A stretch of DNA of 64,000 nucleotides from Patescibacteria group bacterium. Its GTDB lineage: Bacteria > Patescibacteriota > JAQUNI01. The notes beneath the pieces were generated by a model that was given only the letters and a program-made list of their open reading frames with translations, ran no database searches and was not told the origin of the DNA. The translations under genes were made by a program, and so were the position numbers. The stretch covers positions 7,903-71,902 of the forward strand of contig JAQUNI010000002.1 in NCBI GenBank assembly GCA_028717685.1, in the 5' to 3' direction. Numbering within the stretch: the stretch's first letter is position 1; each line of letters opens with the position of its first letter. Positions 47,849-57,995 of the stretch are shown in pieces.

Positions 47849-47939
47849 AGGGAGAAGAAAGATGCGGTGTATTTTGAATTTGAAATGGTGTAAAATAAAA
47901 GCATTCAATCATCAATTGTTCTTTGGAAGGAGGTGTACA

Positions 47940-48293
47940 ATGCCTAATAATGCCAGAAGGAAGAGGAAAAATAGATATTTGGGTTTGGGTAATTCATTAA
48001 AAAAGAAGTATACCAAGCCGTCACATTCAGATGGAACCAAAGGTTCCGGAAAGAAGGATGAAATTTATTCTCTTTATATTACGGATGTTGCTTATAGGGG
48101 TGATATCTATTCTGTAGCCGTGTTGATCCAGAATATTACCGGATGGACAGGGACGAAGGCGGAGGATTGCTCTTCAAATGCATATAGAGGTATTTCTAAT
48201 TTTATTGCCTCAAGCGGAGATGAAAAAAAAGTAGAGGATTGGAAAAGGCAACTAGAGAATGCTGGAGCCACAGTAAGCATTAAAACGTCATAA
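47940..48293 (+). CDS. Hypothetical protein with a ribosomal L7/L12 C-terminal-like domain
   Basis: Ends in VEDWKRQLENAGATVSIK; AGGAGG RBS before ATG 47940. Confidence 0.55.
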   Translation: MPNNARRKRKNRYLGLGNSLKKKYTKPSHSDGTKGSGKKDEIYSLYITDVAYRGDIYSVAVLIQNITGWTGTKAEDCSSNAYRGISNFIASSGDEKKVEDWKRQLENAGATVSIKTS

Positions 48294-48809
48294 TAGCTTT
48301 GGCAAGATTTCTGCCAGAGCTTTTTTTATTGTCTTTAAAATGATTTCTTTTTCTTCTGGCAGAAATTTTTGTAAGACAAAATCCTCGGCGGGAATTTTTT
48401 CCAGCATTTCGGTTTTAATCCCGATTCTTAAACGGTTAAAATTTTGCGTGTTGAGGGCGTCAATAATGGATTGCACGCCTTTGTGTCCAGCAGAACTTTT
48501 ATCTTGCTGAATGCGGTATTCGCCGAGGGGAATGTCAAGGTCATCCTGCGCGACTAAGAGATGCGGGGGATCTATTTTATAAAAATTATAAAGGAGGGAA
48601 ACAGCCTCGCCGGAGTTGTTCATAAATGTCTGGGGTTTAGCCAAGATTAAATTTTTTCCTTTAGCGATTTCAGCCTTAAACTTTTTTTCCGAATTAAATT
48701 CCGGAAGCTTTAAACTCTCGCGCAATTTTTCTACCACAAAAAAACCGACATTGTGTCGCGTTCCTTCATATTCTTTGCCGGGATTGCCTAGGCCGATGAT
48801 TGTAATCAT
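48288..48809 (-). CDS. pth: Peptidyl-tRNA hydrolase
   Basis: IGLGNPGKEYEGTRHNVGF, KPQTFMNNSG, DDLD and RLRIGI motifs. The upstream in-frame extension is repeat-derived. Confidence 0.95.
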   Translation of the reverse strand: MITIIGLGNPGKEYEGTRHNVGFFVVEKLRESLKLPEFNSEKKFKAEIAKGKNLILAKPQTFMNNSGEAVSLLYNFYKIDPPHLLVAQDDLDIPLGEYRIQQDKSSAGHKGVQSIIDALNTQNFNRLRIGIKTEMLEKIPAEDFVLQKFLPEEKEIILKTIKKALAEILPKLL

Positions 48810-48976
48810 GAAATTTTCAATTTTCAATTTCTAATTTCTATTAAATTTCTAGTGAATCAATTTTAAAACTTCATACGGAATAAATTTTATTGTACTTGGC
48901 TTGATTAAAGATTTGAGGTTTAAAAATTAAAAGAATTGAAAATTCAATAAAAATTGAAAATTAGAAATTAGAAATT

Positions 48977-50494
48977 CTACAGCTTTTGATCTTTCCCTAA
49001 AACAATAACGAAATCCGCGTCAGCCCCGCGGCCGTCGGGTGATTGTTCCAGAAAAAAACTGCGGCCGGCGGCGACGTTGGCGTCAAATTTTGTCCTCAAC
49101 TTCTCTAATGCTTTTTCTTGTTTGCCTTCCGTGTAATCAAAAATGACGGTTTTGTCATAGTCTTGGGAGTCCGCGTTAAAAATACCCACAATTTCATAAC
49201 CTTCTTCTTGCAGTTCCACCGCCGCTTTGCCCGCGAGACCTTCAGTGGTGGTGCCGTTTCTGACCTGCACTTTAATTTTTTCCTCTGTTTTCTGTTTCGG
49301 TTTTACTGCTTCGCTTTCGCTTTTTTCCGTTTCGGGACTAAAAATATTTTGGGCAAGCTTTTGGATTTCAGAGAAATCGCCCGCAGCGGGCACTAAAATG
49401 GAGGCGCCCCCTTCACTGGTAGTAGCAATAAGCAACCCCCCGTTGCCATTATCTAAAACGCGATTTGCGATTTGGTCGGGATTTACTTCCCGAGTGATCT
49501 GAATGAGTTCGCGCGCTTCCGAAAGTTCCAAATTCGTCAACATATGATCGCCCATAGAATCAATTAGACCAGTAATCTTAATAGGATTTAAAATCGTGCT
49601 TAAGGAGAAGATTTTATCTTTTGCCGCCACCAATACTTTTTGCTGGCGGTGCGCTCGGGCAAAGTCCGAGCCTTCACCATTTCCCCCATGGCGGCTGCGG
49701 ACAAATTTAAGCGCCCTATCTCCGTTCATGTGTTGTGGTCCGGCGGAAAAAGAAATTGTCTGGTATTCGTAATTCCAGGCGGGATAAAAGTAATCAGTAA
49801 AGGCTTGATCCACATTAACATCAATGCCGCCCATAATATCAAGCGCTTTTTCAAAACCGGCAAAATCAATGATCACATAATAATCCAAAGGAAGACCCGT
49901 GACTTTTTCCACGGCGCTTGTAAGAAGGCGCGCTCCCCCTTCTTTCGGATCATCGCGTAAACCGTAAGCGTAAGCGGCGTTGATTTTAGCCTCTCCGTAG
50001 TTATCGAGATTGACCCAGAGATCGCGGGGAATGGACAACATCGCCACCTCTTTCGTTGTTGGTTTTATGCTTAAAACAATGATGGTGTCGGCAAGATAGA
50101 TGCCTCCTCCTTGATCTTTATTTTGCTCCGTGCCGCGGATGCCGATTAAGAGGATATTAATTCTCTCCTTTGTTTCTATTTCCGGCGTGCTCTTTTCCGG
50201 CGAAATCAGCTTTTTAATCTGGGTAATAAGAGAGTGATTTTTTTTCCCTAAAAATACTTTTTCTCCGGCGGAGAAAATTTTATAAGCAAAAAAGATGCCC
50301 CCGATCACCAGTAATACTCCAAAAATCAAAGTTATTTTTTTACCCCAATATTTAAAAGACCTCCTCTTCGTTTCCCCGGGATAGGGGGATACTTCTGACG
50401 AGAGGGCGAGATCGTTATCCTCAGAGCTTGGCAGATGGCTTTGAGATAGAATGTTTTGCTCTTTTTCTCGGCCTTCAGGATAATAATTATACAT
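48977..50494 (-). CDS. LCP (LytR-CpsA-Psr) family protein with LytR_C domain
   Basis: TM helix; DTIIV, SIPRD, KINAAY, FVRSRH, SDFARAHRQQ motifs; C-terminal VRNGT..GLA...VIVLGKD. Confidence 0.93.
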   Translation of the reverse strand: MYNYYPEGREKEQNILSQSHLPSSEDNDLALSSEVSPYPGETKRRSFKYWGKKITLIFGVLLVIGGIFFAYKIFSAGEKVFLGKKNHSLITQIKKLISPEKSTPEIETKERINILLIGIRGTEQNKDQGGGIYLADTIIVLSIKPTTKEVAMLSIPRDLWVNLDNYGEAKINAAYAYGLRDDPKEGGARLLTSAVEKVTGLPLDYYVIIDFAGFEKALDIMGGIDVNVDQAFTDYFYPAWNYEYQTISFSAGPQHMNGDRALKFVRSRHGGNGEGSDFARAHRQQKVLVAAKDKIFSLSTILNPIKITGLIDSMGDHMLTNLELSEARELIQITREVNPDQIANRVLDNGNGGLLIATTSEGGASILVPAAGDFSEIQKLAQNIFSPETEKSESEAVKPKQKTEEKIKVQVRNGTTTEGLAGKAAVELQEEGYEIVGIFNADSQDYDKTVIFDYTEGKQEKALEKLRTKFDANVAAGRSFFLEQSPDGRGADADFVIVLGKDQKL

Positions 50495-50612
50495 AAAATA
50501 AAACCGCTATATTGCGATGTTTCAATTATACAAGATGTGGATAGCGAAAGTCAATTGTTGCCTGAAGAGTTGATGTTGTGTTATAATCCACATATATTAT
50601 TCATTAAAGTTT

Positions 50613-51206
50613 ATGAATAACAACCAGGAAACAAATATTTTGGAAAAGATGGGTCGTTTTGTTTGGGAGATAGTGAAAGTGGTAGCGGTCTCTTTGGCGA
50701 TTGTGATTCCTATCCGCTATTTTTTGATTCAGCCATTTTTCGTGAAGGGAGCTTCAATGGAGCCGAATTTTGAAGACGGTGAATATTTAATAATTGATGA
50801 AATCAGTTATAATTTAGGCAAGCCCCGCCGCGGGGAAGTGGTGGTTTTTCGTTATCCCCGCGATCCCTCGCAATATTACATCAAAAGAATCGTCGGACTG
50901 CCCGAGGAGAGAGTGGTGGTTTCAGGCGGCAGAGTAATGATTTACAACTGGCGTTATCCCCAAGGTTTTGTTTTGGATGAGAAGAAATATCTTTATTCCC
51001 TGCGTTCCACTCCTGGCGAGGTGAATATAGTTTTGGGGAGTAATGAGTATTTTGTTTTAGGGGACAACCGGCCTGGGAGTTCCGATTCGCGCATTTTTGG
51101 TCCCGTCCCCGCCAAAAATATCATCGGCCGCGCGTGGATTAGAGCCTGGCCTTTCAACAGGATGACTAAATTTGATGTCCCTATATTCGCGCAAGACCTT
51201 CAATAG
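50613..51206 (+). CDS. lepB: Signal peptidase I
   Basis: GASMEPN, YIKRIVGLP and GDNRPGSSDSR motifs. Confidence 0.95.
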   Translation: MNNNQETNILEKMGRFVWEIVKVVAVSLAIVIPIRYFLIQPFFVKGASMEPNFEDGEYLIIDEISYNLGKPRRGEVVVFRYPRDPSQYYIKRIVGLPEERVVVSGGRVMIYNWRYPQGFVLDEKKYLYSLRSTPGEVNIVLGSNEYFVLGDNRPGSSDSRIFGPVPAKNIIGRAWIRAWPFNRMTKFDVPIFAQDLQ

Positions 51207-51310
51207 TCCAAAATTCAAAGTTGAGTCCAAAATTCAAAGTTAAATTCCTAAAATTTTAAATTTTTAACTGTAATTTTTAACTTTGCACTTTGAACTTTTA
51301 ACTAAATCCA

Positions 51311-52663
51311 ATGCCTAGAATAAAAAAACAAAAGATGGTTTCCGAGCAATCTATTCCTCGCAGGCGGATTTTTTTGCGGGCGGTTAAAGGGACGAAAGAT
51401 ATCTTGCCCGAGGATCAGCCTTATTGGGATTTTATGCGGGACACGGTGAGAAAGATAGCATTTGAATATGGTTTTAGCCGTATTGACACGCCAATTATTG
51501 AAGACACAAATATTTTTGTGCGGGGAGTGGGAAGCGGAACGGATATTGTGGAGAAGGAGATGTTCACTTTCAAAGATAAGGGAGGAGACAGTATCTCTTT
51601 GCGTCCGGAAAACACGGCGGGGATCGTCCGCGCCTATATTGAAAATGGGCTTGTGAATAAGCCTCAACCATTAAAGCTTTATTATCTTGGTCCTATGTTT
51701 AGGTATGACCAGCCCCAGAAAGGACGTTTTAGGGAGTTCCATCAATTTGGTTTTGAGATTTTAGGGTCGGCTTCACCTACCTCGGACGCCCAAATGATTT
51801 TAGTCGCCAGCAATATTTTAAAAGCTTTGGGATTGTCCCGCTTCAATATTAAAATCAATAGTGTAGGTTGCGCGGTTTGCCGACCGGCATATAAAGAGAC
51901 TTTGTTAAGTTATTATCAAGGGCAAACTTCTCGACTTTGCGCCCATTGTAAGAGACGACTCAAAACTAATCCCTTGCGGCTTTTAGATTGTAAAGAGGAA
52001 AAATGTCAGAGGCTGGCTAATAATGCCCCAGCTTTGATTGATTCTCTGTGCGAGGAATGCCACGACCACCTGAAAGAAGTTTTAGAACAGCTTGATGAAT
52101 TAGAGATTGCCTACAGTTTGACTTCTAAATTAGTAAGAGGCTTGGATTATTATACCAAGACGGTTTTTGAAATTTGGCCCGGAAAGTCAGAGGGGCAGGA
52201 AGAAGGAAAACAAATCGCTTTAGGCGGCGGCGGACGTTATGATAATCTGGTGGAAGATTTAGGAGGCGAATTAACGCCGGCTGTGGGTTTTTCCTGCGGT
52301 ATGGAACGAATTATCATGCAACTTATGGAAAGTAAAATTGAGCCTCCTCGCTCGCGCAAAATCCACGTCTTTCTGGCGCAACTCGGGGAACTTGCCAAAA
52401 GGAAAGCTTTGGTGCTCTTTGAAGAGTTTCGCCAAAACGGCATTACTGTTTCGGAATCCTTTTCGCGAGGGAGCCTTAAGTCTCAACTTAAAGTAGCGGA
52501 CCGACTGGGCGTTAAAGTCACTTTAATTCTAGGCCAGAAAGAAGCTTTAGAGAAAACAATTCTTTTACGCGATATGGAAACGGGGGTGCAGGAACTTATC
52601 AACAGAGATAAAATCGTTAGTGAGGTAAAGAAGAGGTTGGCGAAGGCCAGGAAGAAACCTTAA
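51311..52663 (+). CDS. hisS: Histidine--tRNA ligase
   Basis: KGTKD, LRPENTA, FRYDQPQKGRFREFHQ, RGLDYY and GGGRYD motifs. Confidence 0.97.
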   Translation: MPRIKKQKMVSEQSIPRRRIFLRAVKGTKDILPEDQPYWDFMRDTVRKIAFEYGFSRIDTPIIEDTNIFVRGVGSGTDIVEKEMFTFKDKGGDSISLRPENTAGIVRAYIENGLVNKPQPLKLYYLGPMFRYDQPQKGRFREFHQFGFEILGSASPTSDAQMILVASNILKALGLSRFNIKINSVGCAVCRPAYKETLLSYYQGQTSRLCAHCKRRLKTNPLRLLDCKEEKCQRLANNAPALIDSLCEECHDHLKEVLEQLDELEIAYSLTSKLVRGLDYYTKTVFEIWPGKSEGQEEGKQIALGGGGRYDNLVEDLGGELTPAVGFSCGMERIIMQLMESKIEPPRSRKIHVFLAQLGELAKRKALVLFEEFRQNGITVSESFSRGSLKSQLKVADRLGVKVTLILGQKEALEKTILLRDMETGVQELINRDKIVSEVKKRLAKARKKP

Positions 52664-52672
52664 TTTTTTCGT

Positions 52673-53008
52673 ATGTGCATTTTTTGCGATATCGCCACGG
52701 GCAAACAAAAAGCGGAGATTATGTTTCAGGATCAGGATATAGTCGCCTTTTCCGATATTAATCCTAAAGCGCCGGTGCATATTTTGCTTGCGCCTAAAAA
52801 GCACCTAGAATCGCTTCAGGCTTTAGGAAAGGAGGATATTACTTTAATCGGGAAGTTAGTCTGGAGGGCGAAGGAGTTGGCGCGGGAGCAAGGAATCAGC
52901 GATGGTTATAAACTTATTTTTAACGGAGGTCAGCTCCAGAAGGTTTCCCATTTACATCTTCATTTGTTAGGTGGCTGGAAGGCGGAAGAGAAAGTTTCCG
53001 AAGTTTGA
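52673..53008 (+). CDS. HIT-family (HinT-like) nucleotide hydrolase
   Basis: CIFC, DINPKAPVH and HLHLHLLGG motifs. Confidence 0.92.
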   Translation: MCIFCDIATGKQKAEIMFQDQDIVAFSDINPKAPVHILLAPKKHLESLQALGKEDITLIGKLVWRAKELAREQGISDGYKLIFNGGQLQKVSHLHLHLLGGWKAEEKVSEV

Positions 53009-53094
53009 CGAGCGCATTTCTTTTGTGCTATGATTATGACCGAATTCACGTTTAGAATCTAAATTTTTAATCTCACCAAGGAGGTGAATAAATT

Positions 53095-53337
53095 GTGGTT
53101 GAAGTTACAAAGAAAGAATCCGAGTCTCTGGCGAGCCTTTTGCGCAGATTTAACCGCAAAGTGCAGCAGAGCGGTATTTTAGTAGAGGCGAGAAAAGCGC
53201 GATTTTTTGACCCTCCCAAAAGCAAGCAGCAAGTCAGGGAAAGCGCGAAACGGAGGGCGCAGATCGTCAAAGAAAAGGAATATTTAAGAAAGATCGGCAA
53301 GCTTCCCACCTTTGATCGGAATATGTATCAAAGATAA
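53095..53337 (+). CDS. rpsU: 30S ribosomal protein bS21
   Basis: V..KESES..SLLRRFNRKVQQSG pattern, AGGAGG RBS, HIT-rpsU-yqeY synteny. Confidence 0.8.
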   Translation: MVEVTKKESESLASLLRRFNRKVQQSGILVEARKARFFDPPKSKQQVRESAKRRAQIVKEKEYLRKIGKLPTFDRNMYQR

Positions 53338-53346
53338 ATAATCCTT

Positions 53347-53805
53347 ATGGTTGTTTTAGAAAAAATTGATTCTGATTTTAAACAAGCCTTGAAGAAGAGG
53401 GATCGAGAAACGATCTCTGTGTTAAGTATTTTGAGATCCGCTTTAAAAAACGAAGAGATAAAAAAGAGGCGCGAAAACCTTTCTGAAGATGATGTCTTGG
53501 GAGTATTGCGCAGAGAGTTAAAGCAACGCAAAGAGTCGCAAGAGGAGTGGCATAAAGCAGGGCGGATGGAGAAAAAAGAAGAGGAACAGAGAGCAATTGA
53601 ATTAATTGAAAGTTATTTGCCGCTGCCGATGGCGCGGGAAGAAATAGAAAAGATCGCGGCGGACGTGATCAAAGAGCTTAAAGCCGCTTCTCCGGCTGAT
53701 ACGGGAAAGGTAATGGGTACTTTGATGCCGCGTTTAGAAGGCAGGGCGGATGGAGCGCTCGCAAGCAAGATAGTCGGAGATTTATTAAGCGCAAATAAAG
53801 AATAA
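53347..53805 (+). CDS. GatB/YqeY domain protein
   Basis: KQALK..D...LRSALKNEEI, KQRKES..E, YLP and GKVMG motifs. Confidence 0.92.
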   Translation: MVVLEKIDSDFKQALKKRDRETISVLSILRSALKNEEIKKRRENLSEDDVLGVLRRELKQRKESQEEWHKAGRMEKKEEEQRAIELIESYLPLPMAREEIEKIAADVIKELKAASPADTGKVMGTLMPRLEGRADGALASKIVGDLLSANKE

Positions 53806-54184
53806 ATTAAAAAAACAAATATCAAACGCAAAATGAAAGATTAAAATTGACGCGAAACATTATTTTTAAGCGAAGTGAAGAATCCATTGGTCGGGTTGGC
53901 TAAAAGCGAGATCTTTTATTTCAACTACACACCAGAAAGTCACGGGTGCCCGGTCTTCGCAGTCGAAGACTGCTTCGGTGGAGTAGGCTAAACCTGCAGA
54001 TAAATAGTGGCTTTAGGGTAGAGGGGTTTCCTGCCCGCTCGTGCCTCGCGGTGGCAGGCGGGCGCTCCACGAAATCTTATTATAAAAAGATGTCGCGAGC
54101 CTCACGCCCGTGGAGCTTCACTTAAGTTAGGCTTAAGGATGATGTAAGGCATCATTTTCACATTTTACATTTTGCATTCTTATT

Positions 54185-55384
54185 ATGCCAGCATCACCAC
54201 CCAATAATCTGCCTCTTCCAGAGGACAACAACACTCCTCCCTTCCAAACTCCTCCCTTTCAAGCAAATAATAATGGAGCTAATCCTCTTGCCGAAGTGAG
54301 AGGGGAAAATAGCAGTCCCATTTTTAGCGAGCCTCGGGAAGGGTTAGGAGAGGTTTTTTCTCCGGGAGAAGGGGGATCCCCTGGCGTGGCAGGAAGGAAG
54401 GATTTTTTTGCCTCTTCAGAGCAGGCGAGCAGAGTTATGCCCTCGGAGTATCGCGGGACAGGAGGCGAGCGGAATCCTTCAGAATTAAGTCCCGTCACCT
54501 CTACCATGTCGCCAGTGGCGGTAGCGCCTCAGAAAAGACAAATTTTTTCTAAGAAGCTTGCTATTATTTTGATTATTTTAGTATTGGGCGGGGGAGGCGC
54601 ATTCGTATATTTTAATTGGTTTTGGAATCCTTCCGCGGAGCCAGATACTCCTCCCGTTATTACGCCAGCGCTTCCAGAGAATCTCGAGACATCAGAGGGA
54701 GGGGAGACTGTCCCCTCGGAACAGTCTGATCTGCCTGTCACTCCGCCGCCCTCACCCAATCAGGATTCCGACAATGATGGATTAACCGATCAAGAGGAAG
54801 AAGCTTTGGGCACTAATTTGAAAGAGGCAGACTCGGATCAAGACGGGTTACCGGATGGTTGGGAAAAACAGAATAATTTAAATCCTTTGGATCCTGGGGA
54901 TGCTCATCAAGACCCGGATGGAGATGGTTTAGATAATAGTCAGGAGTATTATTATACAACCAATCCTTTCCTATCGGACACGGATGGCGATTCTTACAAT
55001 GATGGGGCGGAGGTGGAGAAAGGTTACGACCCTGCACGGGCGGGAGAAAAATTAGAACCTGCGCCTGAAGAGCAGCAACAAGGAGCGGCAACGACCCCTG
55101 CGGAGAGGGATAAAATTCGCAAGAATGATTTAGAAGCTTTAGAAGTAGCTTTGGAATTATATTATGATGACAATGGGTTTTTCCCCGATAATTTAACCGA
55201 TCTTTCCCCTGATTACGTTATTAAGGTCCCGGAGGACCCTCTGACATCAAGATATAGTTATCAGTATCAAAAATTGTCCCCGCGAAGTTATGAATTCACG
55301 GTTGCCATTGAAGGGGACAATGACCCGGAAGATTTAGCGGATGGCGCAGGAGATCATCTTTACAAAGTGAAAGTGGGAGAGTAA
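54185..55384 (+). CDS. Membrane protein with Pro-rich N-terminus, TM helix, DxDxDG Ca-binding repeats and a pilin/GspG-like C-terminal domain
   Basis: DSDNDGL, DSDQDGL, DPDGDGL, DTDGDSY repeats, then RDKIRKNDL..LE.ALELYYDDNG.FP...P.DP...Y.Y. Confidence 0.7.
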   Translation: MPASPPNNLPLPEDNNTPPFQTPPFQANNNGANPLAEVRGENSSPIFSEPREGLGEVFSPGEGGSPGVAGRKDFFASSEQASRVMPSEYRGTGGERNPSELSPVTSTMSPVAVAPQKRQIFSKKLAIILIILVLGGGGAFVYFNWFWNPSAEPDTPPVITPALPENLETSEGGETVPSEQSDLPVTPPPSPNQDSDNDGLTDQEEEALGTNLKEADSDQDGLPDGWEKQNNLNPLDPGDAHQDPDGDGLDNSQEYYYTTNPFLSDTDGDSYNDGAEVEKGYDPARAGEKLEPAPEEQQQGAATTPAERDKIRKNDLEALEVALELYYDDNGFFPDNLTDLSPDYVIKVPEDPLTSRYSYQYQKLSPRSYEFTVAIEGDNDPEDLADGAGDHLYKVKVGE

Positions 55385-55478
55385 TAAATGTTTATTTCTT
55401 CGGTAGAGAGGCGCTATTTGTCCTGTCGGATATCTTTTACATCCATCAGAAAGTTAGCGTGGAGATAAAGACATATTA

Positions 55479-55922
55479 ATGATTTTTGATTTTAGAAACC
55501 TTACCCGTTCTAAGGTAAAAAAAGACTTCTTTCACGGGATTGCCAAAAGATCAGTCCATTTCCAAACCGCCTTAAGAAATTTTGAGATTAGTTTGGTTTT
55601 AGTGGACAATGCCAGAATTCGCCGGCTGAACCGGGAATATCGCCGCGAGGCGAGGAATACGGATGTTTTATCTTTTAGTTTGGGGAAGCCTGACGATAAT
55701 CAAATTGCTGAAATTTTTATTTCCGTAGAGCAAGCGCGATTGCAGGCAAAGGAGATGGGTCATTCTTTAAAGCAGGAATTATCCATTCTTTTTATTCACG
55801 GGCTTCTGCATATTTTAGGGTATAACGACAGAGTGAAAGAGGATAAAATTAAAATGTTCAAAGAGCAAGACAGAATTTTTAAATCCATAAAGGACGAGAA
55901 GATTATATTATCTAAACCATAG
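55479..55922 (+). CDS. ybeY: rRNA maturation endoribonuclease YbeY
   Basis: LNREYR..TDVLSF and IHGLLHILGYN motifs. Confidence 0.9.
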   Translation: MIFDFRNLTRSKVKKDFFHGIAKRSVHFQTALRNFEISLVLVDNARIRRLNREYRREARNTDVLSFSLGKPDDNQIAEIFISVEQARLQAKEMGHSLKQELSILFIHGLLHILGYNDRVKEDKIKMFKEQDRIFKSIKDEKIILSKP

Positions 55923-55928
55923 CAAGGA

Positions 55929-56288
55929 ATGCGGTTTATAAATTTCAAAAAATTATTGTATAGTTTTCGTTATGCCTTTAGAGGCATTTACATCACTTTT
56001 CGGGAAGAGCAAAATTTTCGGATTGCCGTCTTTTTGAGTTTTGTTGTTATTTTTTTTATGATATACTATAAAGTAGCTTTGAGTAGCAAGGTGATTTTGA
56101 TTTTAACTCTTATCGCTGGCTTAGTCTTAGAAGTTTTGAATACGATTTTAGAAAAGATAGTGAATATTTTAAAACCCCGTGTCCATCCCTATGCCGAAGT
56201 GATTAAGGATATGATGTCTGGCGCTGTTTTATTGGCTTTCCTAGCTTGGTTGGTTATTATTTACCTCATTTTTCGTCCCTACGTCTGA
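55929..56288 (+). CDS. dgkA: Prokaryotic diacylglycerol/undecaprenol kinase
   Basis: SFRYAFRG, EQNFR, EVLNTILEK and KD..SGAVL motifs; follows ybeY. Confidence 0.88.
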   Translation: MRFINFKKLLYSFRYAFRGIYITFREEQNFRIAVFLSFVVIFFMIYYKVALSSKVILILTLIAGLVLEVLNTILEKIVNILKPRVHPYAEVIKDMMSGAVLLAFLAWLVIIYLIFRPYV

Positions 56289-56543
56289 AGAATTTTATAC
56301 CTTTTGAAAATTTTTAATTTTTTACGGAGCGATCCCTTGGGGATATTTTGTCGCTGACCTTATCCGCCGCGTAAGGTCTATTCTTCTTCCGCCTTGAGTG
56401 GATTTTAGATGGATGAATTTTAGAAGGCGAGCATTCAGAGTGCGTCGTGGTTTAAGGCTTTTGGAGCGTAAGCGACTTTTCACAAAGCGATCTTGCAAGA
56501 AGCGACGGAGCGATTTTTAATTTTTAAGTTTTGTGTTTTATTT

Positions 56544-57788
56544 ATGCCTAGACAAGAAATTATTTCGGGTATTGACCTAGGTTCGGCGAATATTCGGGTG
56601 ATTATCGTAGAAAGAGGGGGCTTAGAAGATAAGCCCCGTATTTTGGGAATTGGCGAGTCTCCTTCTTTCGGGATCAGAAAGGGCGCTATCGTGGACGCCG
56701 AAGAAATCGTCACGAGTATTTCTTCCGCCTTGGAGAAAGCGGAGAGAATGGCGGGTTCACCGGTGGGGCGGGCTTATGTCTCGGTGGGCGGCGCGCAGGT
56801 ATCGTATCTCGAGTCCCGCGGGGTGATCGCGATTTCAAGGGCGGACGGCGAGATTTCAAAAAACGATGTTTCCCGCGTGATTGAAGCCGCTTCCGCGGTA
56901 AGCATTTCTTCTAATCGGGAAATTTTGCATATTCTGCCGCGGGATTTTATCGTAGATGATGAAGGCGGCATCAAAGATCCTGTGGGGATGAACGGCGTTC
57001 GTTTGGAAGCGGTGACAACCATCGTGGAAACTTCGTCTTCCCTGCTTAACAATCTGACGCGCTGCGTGGAGCGCACGGGGGTGGATGTCGCGGGATTAGT
57101 TTTTGCGCCTTTAGCCTCCGCTTGGTCAGTACTTGAGAAACGTCAGCGTGATTTAGGCGTAGTGCTGATTGACCTTGGAGGAGGAAGCACAAGTTTTAGC
57201 GTTTATGAAGAAGGCGGGCTTCTTTCCGGCGGAGCATTGCCAGTGGGCGGGGAGCATATTAGTTCAGATTTGGCGATTGGATTGCGTACTTCCATGGATA
57301 CGGCGGAACGGATTAAGATTGAATATGGGTCTTGTTTGCCTCGCGAGATTGATAAACAAGAAGAGATTGACCTTGCGAAAGTCGTGAAGAAGGAGAAAGG
57401 AGTGATTTCAAGACGCGAAGTCGCGGAGATTATTGAAGCCCGCGGTGAAGAGATTTTTAAGATGATTGATAAAGAATTACATAAAATTGGTCGCAGCGCG
57501 CAGTTGCCCGCCGGAGCGGTGCTTGTGGGCGGCGGTGCGAAGTTGCCAGGGGTGGTTGATTTAGCCAAGGAAATTCTGCGTCTCCCGGCACAGATTGGTT
57601 TTCCGATGGGACTTTCAATATCTGTGGATAAAGTAGATGATCCTGTTTTTGCCACCGCCACAGGTCTAATTCATTGGGGGTTGGGAGAGGGAAATAGATT
57701 TTCCTTTGAGTTCAACCGTGAGGGTTTAACCAAATTGAACAGCGGCGTGGACAGAATGAAACGTTGGTTTAAAAACTTCTTACCGTAA
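56544..57788 (+). CDS. ftsA: Cell division protein FtsA
   Basis: GIDLGS, GIRKG, P.GM.G.RLE, IDLGGG, AERIK and GGGAKL motifs; directly upstream of ftsZ. Confidence 0.96.
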   Translation: MPRQEIISGIDLGSANIRVIIVERGGLEDKPRILGIGESPSFGIRKGAIVDAEEIVTSISSALEKAERMAGSPVGRAYVSVGGAQVSYLESRGVIAISRADGEISKNDVSRVIEAASAVSISSNREILHILPRDFIVDDEGGIKDPVGMNGVRLEAVTTIVETSSSLLNNLTRCVERTGVDVAGLVFAPLASAWSVLEKRQRDLGVVLIDLGGGSTSFSVYEEGGLLSGGALPVGGEHISSDLAIGLRTSMDTAERIKIEYGSCLPREIDKQEEIDLAKVVKKEKGVISRREVAEIIEARGEEIFKMIDKELHKIGRSAQLPAGAVLVGGGAKLPGVVDLAKEILRLPAQIGFPMGLSISVDKVDDPVFATATGLIHWGLGEGNRFSFEFNREGLTKLNSGVDRMKRWFKNFLP

Positions 57789-57835
57789 GATAATTTTAGA
57801 CAAAAGGTATTGCCATAAAAAAAAGAATCATCTAT

Positions 57836-57983
57836 AATAACTTGAACCTTGGAAACCTGTGACTTGTAACGTGTAACACAAGGGAAAACTTGCCCCCCAC
57901 CTTTTGAAAAAGGTGGGGGTGGTGCGGGGTTTATAGACCTGCGGAACTTCACTTGAGTTACAAATTTCAAGTTACACGTTATA
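57836..57983. repeat. Heptamer inverted-repeat element (GTAACTT-type) with a nested C/G-run hairpin between ftsA and ftsZ
   Basis: tgacttgtaacgtgtaac ... gttacaaatttcaagttacacgtta enclosing cccccacctttt/aaaaggtggggg. Confidence 0.7.
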
Positions 57984-57995
57984 AATAAGAATTTT

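Noticed and set aside
53830-54150. RNase P RNA, tmRNA or SRP RNA in the long GC-rich intergenic region
   Set aside because: No GAGGAAAGUCC, tRNA-like ends or SRP loop motif was found; the content is explained by stacked palindromic repeats.
19130-56543. N-terminal extensions in the ORF track (19130, 32451, 33242, 48827, 56493)
   Set aside because: They are translations of adjacent repeat arms or palindromes; downstream ATGs match the family N-termini.
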